Positions 26,830 through 38,600 of a stretch of 64,000 bases of DNA are shown here, one piece after another. Source of the stretch: Ylistrum balloti (taxonomy: Eukaryota); NCBI RefSeq assembly GCF_031769215.1, contig NW_026781998.1:496001-560000 (forward strand), in the 5' to 3' direction. Position numbers and translations under genes: made by a program. The stretch's first letter is position 1; each line of letters opens with the position of its first letter. A model generated the notes under the pieces. It did not search any database. It saw only the letters and a program-made list of their open reading frames with translations, and was not told the DNA's origin.

Positions 26830-27480
26830 CATTGTACATGTATAAAGTGTGAGAAATATCTTTCCAGTACTTTAAGAAATAGCAATAAAAGGAATTCACT
26901 TATATAAAAAAACAAATCTTTTTCTAATCAGATTAAAATTTTGGTGAGCATAACTGCCAACTATGGGAAACCAACATATAAGTTTCTGTATTTCTCAAGA
27001 AAAGGTCATAATCTTCAACTGTCAAAATCCAAGATGACTGTTTGTGAGCCATTTTGTTTCTAGATCAGCCTGACAATAAATTGGGCACAACTTGAGATCG
27101 AGGGGAACCTACCTACTTAGTCTGCAAAATGTTAATTTAGTAATTCTCAAGAAACAGTGATAACAAAACTTAAAAATCCTTGATTTACTGATCAGTCGAA
27201 AAGTTAAATGGGTGGAACCTGGGATAGAGGGGAACATACAGACAAATGTATTGAGTTTGAGAATATCCCTCTATGTCACAAGAGATAGCAATAACAAACT
27301 TCTAGTCTACATTAACGATGGCTGCTTGTTAGTAGGTTTGTTTCACTGATCACTACACAACTAGGCACCATTAGGAACATACACATCAAATCTGAGAAAT
27401 ATATCTCCAGATTGTTTATGACTGTCATGATTACAGATGGATGGCAGGGTGTGGACAATGGGCAAACTATAGTTTGTGGT
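26830..27480. repeat. Dispersed HINE-like repeat with several decayed internal units
   Basis: Repeated ggggaacctac / aagaaa(t/c)ag(c/t)(a/g)ataac motifs, as at 4225-4600. Confidence 0.5.
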
Positions 27481-29650
27481 CATCAGCCAAGGTTTGGAGG
27501 TCAATAATACCAAATCTGTCAACTTATCACAATATAACACATTGGCCCTAAAATATGGTTCATGCTTACACCATTCTCAGATCTACACGAATCTATCTGC
27601 AGAGGTCATCCGTTCTATGGGAATTGAGGCAAATATGGCTCAGTCGCAGAGTGTTTGCTTATCTAACTTTGGGTGAAGCTCATGCCAGATGCTGAGAAGT
27701 CTGTCCTGTCATAATTGCGTTGTTAGGCAAAACAGTTTACCATAATTGCTCTGAATGAAATGTGATGGGCCTTCTGTATGTTGTTCAGTGAAGAAGCCAC
27801 CAGCTACTCCAAGAAGACCCCATTTCAAAATTATGCAATCTTTTCATGGGGTGATAAACCAAGCAAACAATCATTAATTACAACATCAATGCAAATAAAA
27901 GTACAGATCTGGTTTTAAAATAGTTGAATACTATGTTCAGTACATCAAGTGCTGTGGTACAGTACAACACATTATTCAGTTATTGGCATACAGTTACATT
28001 TAACTGTTAATTAGTATAACAACCTAAGTTATCAGTTTATATTACTGGCACGACATTCTATACATAAAAAAAATCTTGTTATGATTTAGTCATCTTCCTA
28101 TTAAAAATGAAAGCATTTCTGTGTTCTGAATAAAATGGTTTCATTGTGTTTTATAGTTACTGTGTACTAACTGAGAAGTGAAAATGCTTGGTATAAATAT
28201 AGATATCAAAGTTATATGACTACTGATAAACGGTGCATCTCATAAATTTGGGTGGTCTTTTTTTTTTTTTTTTTTGTCTATTTTTTTTAAACTAAATCAA
28301 ATTGCAAATGACATAACAGGTTTAGACATCCAAAAATGTGCCAACGTGTCAATGTCACATTTGTCTGATTATCCCACTTCTCCTGACAAAAGGAACATGA
28401 TATTAAGTGGGTTACACTGTATTTGTATTCAACAATGATGACAATAAATCTCAATTAAAATTATATTTCACGATCAAATAAATATAATAAACATAACATA
28501 AAACAAATCAGATCTTTATGACTTTTGAGAATACATGTCAATGGCAATTGACTTCCATGATTTAAATACATATCAGATCAAGAGGCATGTAATCGACAAA
28601 GGATCTTACAGGAGTTTTCATTTCAATGACATTTCTGAAACAGTTTTAGACTTTTCATCAGGCCTTTTTATCACATGATTAATTATGTAAGCAAATATTG
28701 TAGAAAACTTTCTCATAAATTAAACCTGAAATCTTTTTCACTCCATATTTATCTTTTATTGCACTTCCTGGAAAGGCAACCAGTATTTCTTTCGGCCCGT
28801 TGTATTAACAGTACAGTAAATGCCCATGGATGTTGAGACTTAGTTTATCATAAACTTTACTTAACACTAATCCCTTAAAATAGCTGTAAACTTATATCAT
28901 TCATTCCTGTTGGCCTGGATGGTTTTCGGCAGAAACCAGAGTATCAGGAGAATATCCAAATGGTTGGGTAGATTGCTAAATACTTGTCATGTCCAATCAA
29001 CGAACAAACTAGGAACACCAAGGTAAAGGCAAGTGTGTTTTACAAAATAATACCACTGCCCCATCCAACCAACCATGTGAAATTTAATGTACACTGAATT
29101 TTGATTCACCTGTAACCAATGTAAACATGGCAGATCATTTTGACTGACCTATATTTATGGTTATATTTACAAATACAAATGAATATAGTAGAGCTTGGAT
29201 GACTCCTTCAAGTGTTGTGAGTGGGCTGATAACTGAGAAAATTTGTGTTATTGAAATGACCAGTCTATTTCTCCTCGTCTTGACACAATAGACCATAAAA
29301 AACCATAACTTAAATTGTAAAATGTACTGTAAACCATAATAAATCCTTTCAATAAAATATTTTATAATTTCCTAACACAGGTAATTATATAACAAAACGA
29401 AACAAAAACAATTAGTATACTATTAATTAACATCAATTAAAAAGGTAAACCGTTTAGACATAAATTTGTTACAAAATTGTCCAGTTGAAGCCACTCTAGC
29501 TGCACACTCAATGTCACAATGAATGCTGATGACATTACATAATCAGGATGGATGAGTTCAGGTTCTGATGGATTGTAATGGACATAAATCCTGGATGACG
29601 TAGGGTATAACAGCAGGGAAATTGTCGGAAGACAAATTGAAAATTAGTAG

Positions 29651-32600
29651 CTATGCAAGTTCTGCAAGACCATCCCAGTTTGGTTTTCTGGATTTTAACA
29701 AAATGTCCACTGCTTCTGATAGATCATTGACAATGGCTGATGGTTTGACTTTTGGGTGATTTTCATCAGTGGTTCTGAAAAGTAGACACAAAAGTTTTCA
29801 CAAAACCAGCTGTTGGTTTTTTAAAGGACTGTAAGTTTTACTTTACTAAAGGCAGGGACAAGCAAATTATATGCAATTACAAAACAAATTACGTCATAAA
29901 CACTTACACACTGTTACCAGAACATCAATAAAATAATTTGAATTAAACGACAACAGCGAATAAAAGACTCCAGTTAACTCAATTCTTCTTCATAAAAAAA
30001 CAATTTTATTTTGCAGATGATAGAATTGAGACAGAATACCAATAACACAAAGCAAAATAAAAGAGTAAAGTTTCCTTTATACCACACAACTACTTATCGG
30101 TACGTAGTCCCAAACATTTCTCCTATCTTGTTGTCTCCTCTAACCTATATTTGTCTGTACTTACAAGCACCTTTCCCATCCCATCATTAATTGGTCCGTC
30201 TCCTCTAACTCACTTGTATTTGTCTGTACATACTCCTACCCCTCTCATCCATCCTATCTTGGTGTCTCCACTATCTTCTCCACGAACTCACCTGTATCTT
30301 TGAACCAAAGTATATACTAGTACACCTCTCATCCCTCCTACCTTTGTCTGTCTCCATTAACTCACCTGTATCTTTGAACCTAAGTATATACTAGTACCCC
30401 TCTCATCCCTCCTACCTTTGTCTGTCTCCACTAACTCACCTGTATCTTTGAACCTAAGTATATACTAGTACCCCTCTCATCCCTCCTACCTTTGTCTGTC
30501 TCTACTAACTCACCTGTATTTCCCTGAACGTACAAGCACCCCTTTCATCCCTGTTGACAGCGCCCCTCCTACGTCACTCACAATGTCATCTCCCACCATC
30601 ACAACCTGGTAAAAGATTTTATATTGTTTGATTATTTTTGAGTAGAACTACATGCTGATACTTTGTTCTCCTGTCCTGTGTCAACACATTATTAATATAT
30701 AAATATTAATTAACCATATACTGTTATATTTGGGGGTGGGTTGCAAAATGACTTCCCGAGTATTTTAAGTAAATTTCTCCTACGCATAACTTTCTATATA
30801 CAGTACATGTACAACTGTTCATGCCTTTGAAACACAAAATACTGTCAGAGTACAAAGGATTCTGAACCTACATCATCAGCATAACATTCAAGTAAGATAT
30901 TACATAATATTCTGCCAACAGAAGTATGGATTTTAAAATGTAGGTACTTGGGTGATGGTAACACACTCCCTTTCACCAAGATGGGTTAAATTTTCAGAAT
31001 GGACGTGTAAAGGTATGGAGCCACCTGCCTGACCATGTAGGCTCTCCTTGGATACTTTGGTTTCATCCAACAGTAAGACCCCTCGCACACTTCCACCCAG
31101 GCCAAAAACAATGAGAAGTATAAATTGGATAACTTGTTTGCAATTGTTTTAAAATAAAATTTAAAATGGAGGTATTTATCTTCATCCAAGGTAGAACTGA
31201 AAGTAACATAATTTAGAGGATCAATGATGATTTACAAAATATACTCAACAAAAATAGAAACAAACAATTAAATTATGCAGACAAGTCTACTCTTTACAAT
31301 ATTGTAGAGGAAAAGTCTGTGTGATGTCACTCGTGTTGTCAATAGTTACTCAAAGTGGGGTACCTGCGAAAAACAAAATGACACTACAGTACCTTGTGTG
31401 GGCACCTCTTGCACCTATCCCTGCACTGATTCTCCTATGCATTGAATTCATGAGAACATTAATTTGTCTTAAAGGAATGTTGTTCCATTCTTGTGTTAAT
31501 GCTGGGATCAACTGGGCTCGGTAAGTTGGGGATTTTTACTTTCTACACCTGTCCACCTTATCCCACAGGTGCTCAATGGGAGACATGTTGGGGCTATATG
31601 GGGGCCATTCCAGAGGCTGAATTATGTTTGCCATAAGAAAGTCACAACAGGCTCTAGAAACATGTGGTCGAGCATTGTCTTGCTGAAAATTTGGGTTATG
31701 ACGTCCAAGACGTAGAAGGACATGTGGTTGGAGGATCTGGTCTCTGTATTGAACAGCATTGAGGTTTGGATCCAGGACCACTATGGGAGATGCCTCCCCA
31801 AACCGTTACAACAGACCCATCAAATCTATCGCTTTCAACCATGCATATGTCGGTGAAATGCTCACCGCTTCTGCGATATACCCTTTTTTTCTATTTGACA
31901 ATACAGACATAATCTAGACTTGTCACTGAACACCAACGCATCCTTAACCTTTCTGGGCCATGTCTTTGCATCCAGTCAAGAGGCACTTGCTGCTCCGTAG
32001 TGGCCTGATATAAGGTCGGCACGCAACGATTCTCTCAGTACGCAAGCAGTTTCTGGCAGTTTGAGCACTAATAGGTCTGCAATAAGTACCTAATTATGCG
32101 ACACAGTCTCTACTGCAGTCTTGAATCTGTTGCACAAGTGTGACACTCAAATCAACCTGTCTTGTTTTGAGGAGGTTACATGCAGACTACTGCTCCTAAG
32201 ACAATCAGAAACTAACCCAGTAGCATGGAAACGTGTATAGAGACGGTTAATTGTTCACAAGGCAATGCCAAAATGACATGCGACAGCAGTTTGGCTATGA
32301 CCATCTATCAAGGTCGCAATTGCTCCACCCCTCTGAAATTGCATTAAGTTTGGCATCTCAGTCAATGGCGAAATCAAAATGCCAACATGGAAAATTAATG
32401 GGGTTGAACTTGGAATTATTATTATTAAAAAATCAGTCTTGGCTTGATCACGCCACATGATTTGGCTAAAGAAGCTCACAAAGTCAGACAATGATACTGT
32501 CACCCTTGACTGCTTTTAGGGTAGATTGTTGAGAAGGGAGGTCATTCTTGATGTAAAACCTTACCAAATATTCCATTATTTCCTTACAGCGAAGGTGTAC

Positions 32601-35600
32601 TGTTAGGGGGAACTTTGTAAATTTCTTTTTATGTTGAGTATACATTAATTCATAAATTACCAAAAATCACTTTCTCTGATTCCAGCAATATTGTTTGTTA
32701 TATATTAATGTTGTTCTGACTTCTATAATGATTATAATTATTCAATTCCATGAAAGCTTTATGTTACTGTCACTACACTTTTCAATTTGAAATATTCAAG
32801 AATACACATTAAGAATAATCCTGAAAGAATAAACACACAAGAAATGGTATATATATTGTAACCGCTAAAAATGAATAAATAAACAATAAAGCAACAAAGA
32901 GCACCCAGAATTATTTATCTATATTTATAATGTTATTGATAATTCCTAAAGTGGAACACTAACTCCAAACAAATAAACATATCCTGTTTGGCTCATTAGT
33001 CCATCTTCTGATCTCACCTTGTCAGCACTGAGGCCCATGTCCTTCACAGCAGTGTTAAAAAAGATAGCAGATGGTTTCCCTACTACTTCAGCTTTAATAT
33101 CACAGGCATACTATAAAATAAAACAAGAGTGCAGTGGACACAATATACACCACCACAAAATATAAAGATCAAGATAAAATGGCATAAATCTTACAAAAAT
33201 CAATGAATCGTAAAATCTCCCCTTCATGCACATCGAAACATTGTAGTAGTGACACTGAGCAAGTTTCGTGAAAGTCTGATGATTATTTCAGGAGTTGCGT
33301 TCACAAGGCTCAACTATGAGAAAGCTACAGATACAACGTTTAAAATGGCATAAATCTTACAAAAATCAACGAACCAAAAAATTGCCCCTTCATGCACATC
33401 TACCCATTGTAGTAGTGACACTGAGCAAGTTTCATGAAAATCTGATGATTAGTTTAGGAGGAGTTGCGTTCACAAGAAATGGACGGACATACAGACGGAC
33501 GGACGAAGATGACGCTAATATACGACCGCCTGATTTAACAACAATGGACAAATTTTACTTTCTTATCTTCTTTCTTCTTCTTTCTTAAAAATGTATTGTG
33601 TTTTTAGAAAATTTAAACTTCCAAGAAAATAGTATCAGACCCCTGGTCTTTAAAGTTTTTGTCCTTGAGGAATTCAATCAAAACAAGTTACATCTTAGAA
33701 ACACATTGTACTAAGCTATATTTTTAACATTTCATCTTTTAATACAAAAGAAAACATACATCTCAAGCTTTTCTAATGCAGAGTACATTTTAAAAATAAT
33801 ACTGCAAATCTGATGACAGAAAGAAACTCTGAACCAAACAAACATATGATGACTGCTTTCTCAGATGGTTATACAAGGGAGAATATTCAGTACTTTTAGA
33901 CTGGTGTGTAACATCACAGCATGTGATATTTGCCTAGTTAACAAAGTATAGAAAAATCCTTTTGTTGACAACCAGAGCTTCCTTAACTGACTTAGTTATT
34001 GAGAATTCTTCTTCATCTTCTTACAAAGTAAGCATAGAGTATAGTAAGCCAGGGTACCACACTGGATACCTTATTGAAAGTGAAAATCTTTTACATGATG
34101 ATGAATTCAACACTGATGCAGTACCATATTCAACAATAAAGATACAAGTATGTCTCATTAAATTTGTTTAAAATATGTTGAGTAAATGTAACAGTATGTT
34201 AAATTCCAACATGAATAATGTATTTCAGTCTTACCTCTAAAGCACTACAGAATGACCCTACATCTAGCACTAAATCCTCTCCATCTTTATAGTACCTCCT
34301 GTCAAAAAACAAATTTTACTTGTTATAACACAATGTTACATAGTGTATATATTGTAAAAGTGATTTGCTTAATTATAGCTCTTTTGGAAATGAGAGAGAA
34401 CCATCATGTACTTCTCAAGAAAAAGAGATAACAAACTTTCAAAATCAAATCCAAGATGGGCCGTCTTTCGGCCATTTTGTTCTTTTTACCAGTCCCAAAA
34501 TCAAACAGGCACAAATAGAGACCAAGGGGAATCTACATATGCAATATGACAAAGATCCATCCAGTATTTTTCAAGAAATAATGATAAAAAAAATTGTTTA
34601 CCGATGGACAGACCACGGATGCAGAGCTATTTGAATAGCCCACCATTATAAAAATAAAAATTGAGACAACTAATATATCTGCTGGTCATGAAACTTTAAT
34701 ATAAAGTCAGAATGTAAAACTGAGATGAATATTGTTCATTTTTAGGCTAAGATTTTTTATTTTTAAAAATTTACAAATGTAAATACATGTATAAATGAAA
34801 ACACAGTCACACAAAGATTACAACACATTGTCAAGACAGTTTATACACTATAACTGAACATACCCTTTGCCAAGGGAGAAAAGAGATGGCTTGTTGAGAG
34901 AGATCAGGACCTGAAATGCCTTATTCAGATTATCGTAGGAGTACTCGTCTACGGCATCGCCCAGCACCACACAGTTAGGGTTCTCAGTACTCACATCACT
35001 AAAGTCTGCAAGTGCATCTGTTAACAAATTTCAGTTTGTAATCAATATCAACAATAAATAAAAAAAAAAAAAAAAAACAGTTTTACCCGGTAGCTAAAAA
35101 TGATATGTGTAGCTATAAAAAAAAACATCATATAACTGAGTATTGCTAAAGCAATATGCATCCCTGATGAGCCAACGCAAGCTTTTACATCATTATGATT
35201 ATAAAAATGTAATTGTTTGGTGTTAATTTTCAAAAAACAAGAAAGTAAAAAGTTATGTCTGTAACTAAATTTAATGTAACAATTCAGTAAATAAACATAA
35301 CAATCTGACAATACAGTTTTATCACCGTGTATAATGTTTCACTCTGACAAAGCAGCACAGGTTTCTACAGCAATGATATTGTATAGCTGTAACTTAATAC
35401 CCTGGTTTCATGTGATACCCGAAAGCAGCACACTCCAGGGTCTTCTAAAATTGTAAACTATTGGACTTTCTCAGGTTTAGGTGAGAGGTCCACTTCCTAT
35501 CCTGTTGTGTTTAAAAGTGGCAGGAGGTGGGGTTGACCCCTTACAGACAATATATCTGTTGATTTAAAAAAGGGGAAATGGTACGGAAAATATCAAATAA

Positions 35601-38600
35601 GTTTGAAATCTGTAAAGATGTTGAATTCATTACAATTCAAAAAACAAGAGTACTGAAACACCTCTGGAAGGGCCATACCTTGTTTCAGACTCTAGACCTG
35701 AGTGTTACACTGATATTGAATTTTGCTAATTGCATAAGAGACATACACATTTGCCTGTGAAATATAATAAAAGATGTTTCATATATAACCTGATGGCCTT
35801 GACCTTCAGTCAAGCATCTCCTCATTTATTTCAACTATTTTTGCTTATAACATATTAATCAATTTGACCTCAAACTTTGACCAATGGTAAAGCTATTTTC
35901 ATGATACCTTGTGAACACCATTAGTACCAGTACTCACTAGGATGTACAAGAAGATGTGGATGGAGCTCTCTTTCCTTCAGAACCTGACACATGGCTGGAA
36001 TTGGTGAAAACACTTCTTCTGGTTTAATGTCAAACCCAAAGCCTTTCATTTTCTCTACTAATGCTTGACTGGTGTAGGTTGTCTCATTGGTACAAAACCG
36101 AACTGGCAGCCCAGCCTCTTTAAGTCTGTTAAAAATATGTTTCTATAAAAGATCAACACACACGTTAAATCTCAAACAAGCACAATATGCTGTCCCTGTT
36201 GGTTCTAAATACAGAGGATATATCTCAAGAGTGACTTTTAAATTGTTTTTAATATACATAATACTTTGATGTTACGTACAATCTGTTTTACTGTGTATCA
36301 TATACAGGTGTGAGGATACCTCTACTTTTAATGTATTATATACAGGTGTAAGAATATCTCTACCTCCATTCATAATATACAGATGTGAGTTATCTCTATC
36401 ATGTATTATATACAGGTGTGAGTTATCTCTATCATGTATTATATACAGGTGTGAGTTATCTCTATCATGTATTATATACAGATGTGAGTTATCTCTATCA
36501 TGTATTATATACAGGTGTGAGGATATCTCTATCATGTATTATATACAGGTGTGAGTTATCTCTATCATGTATTATATACAGATGTGAGTTATCTCTATCA
36601 TGTATTATATACAGGTGTGAGGATATCTCTATCATGATATCAGGTGTGAGGATATCTCTATCATGTATTATATACAGGTGTGAGGATATCTCTATCATGT
36701 ATTATATACAGGTGTGAGGATATATCTATCATGTATTATATACAGATGTGAGTTATCTCTATCATGTATTATATACAGGTGTGAGTTATCTCTATCATGT
36801 ATTATATACAGGTGTGAGGATATCTCTATCATGTATTATATACAGGTGTGAGGATATATCTATCATGTATTATATACAGGTGTGAGGATATCTCTATCAT
36901 GTATTATATACAGGTGTGAGTTATCTCTATCATGTATTATATACAGGTGTGAGGATATATCTATCATGTATTATATACAGATGTGAGTTATCTCTATCAT
37001 GTATTATATACAGGTGTGAGTTATTTCTATCATGTATTATATACAGGTGTGAGTTATCTCTATCATGTATTATATACAGGTGTGAGTTATTTCTATCATG
37101 TATTATATACAGGTGTGAGTTATCTCTATCATGTATTATATACAGGTGTGAGTTATCTCTATCATGTATTATATACAGGTGTGAGTTATCTCTATCATGT
37201 ATTATATACAGGTGTGAGGATATCTCTATCATGTATTATATACAGGTGTGAGGATATCTCTATCATGTATTATATACAGGTGTGAGGATATCTCTATCAT
37301 GTATTATATACAGGTGTGAGGATATCTCTATCATGTATTATATACAGGTGTGAGTTATATCTATCATGTATTATATACAGGTGTGAGGATATCTCTATCA
37401 TGTATTATATACAGGTGTGAGGATATCTCTATCATGTATTATATACAGGTGTGAGTTATCTCTATCATGTATTATATACAGGTGTGAGTTATTTCTATCA
37501 TGTATTATATACAGGTGTGAGTTATCTCTATCATGTATTATATACAGGTGTATCTCTATGATGAGTGTATATCTCTATCATGTATTATATACAGTTATCT
37601 CTATCATGTATTATATACAGGTGTGAGGATATCTCTATCATGTATTATATACAGGTGTGAGGATATCTCTATCATGTATTATATACAGGTGTGAGGATAT
37701 CTCTATCATGTATTATATACAGGTGTGAGTTATCTCTATCATGTATTATATACAGGTGTGAGGATATCTCTATCATGTATTATATACAGGTGTGAGGATA
37801 TCTCTATCATGTATTATATACAGGTGTGAGGATATCTCTATCATGTATTATATACAGGTGTGAGTTATTTCTATCATGTATTATATACAGGTGTGAGGAT
37901 ATCTCTATCATGTATTATATACAGGTGTGAGTTAACTCTATCAAGTATTATATACAGGTGTGAGGATATCTCTATCATGTATTATATACAGGTGTGAGGA
38001 TATCTCTATCATGTATTATATCATGTATTATATACAGGTGTGAGTTATCATGTATTATATCTATCATGTATTATATACAGGTGTGAGGATATATCTGTTA
38101 TCTCTGTCATGTATTATATACAGGTGTGAGTTATCTCTATCATGTATTATATACAGGTGTGAGTTATTTCTATCATGTATTATATACAGGTGTGAGTTAT
38201 CTCTATCATGTATTATATACAGGTGTGAGGATATCTCTATCATGTATTATATACAGGTGTGAGGATATCTCTATCATGTATTATATACAGGTGTGAGGAT
38301 ATCTCTATCATGTATTATATACAGGTGTGAGTTATCTCTATCATGTATTATATACAGGTGTGAGGATATCTCTATCATGTATTATATACAGGTGTGAGGA
38401 TATCTCTATCATGTATTATATACAGGTGTGAGGATATCTCTATCATGTATTATATACAGGTGTGAGTTATTTCTATCATGTATTATATACAGGTGTGAGG
38501 ATATATCTATCATGTATTATATACAGGTGTGAGTTATCTCTATCATGTATTTATATACAGGTGTGAGTTATCTCTTCTATGTACCATAAACAGGTGTGAA

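Noticed and set aside
26080-27830. Higher-complexity stretches that look like decayed coding DNA, with a CAG|GTGAGT site near 26350
   Set aside because: All frames have multiple stops and I recognise no motif, so no call is possible without a homology search.
28915-31110. Two SINE-like fragments (gaaaccagagtatcaggagaa at ~28930; reverse gaaaccaaagtatccaaggagag at ~31050)
   Set aside because: They resemble a common SINE body motif but are too short and diverged, with no Pol III A/B boxes seen.
36272-38262. Many periodic ORFs (SHLYIIHDRDN, YLYHVLYTGVS, CIIYRCELSLS)
   Set aside because: They are products of the 33/34-bp intronic array, and the frames shift whenever a 34-bp unit occurs.
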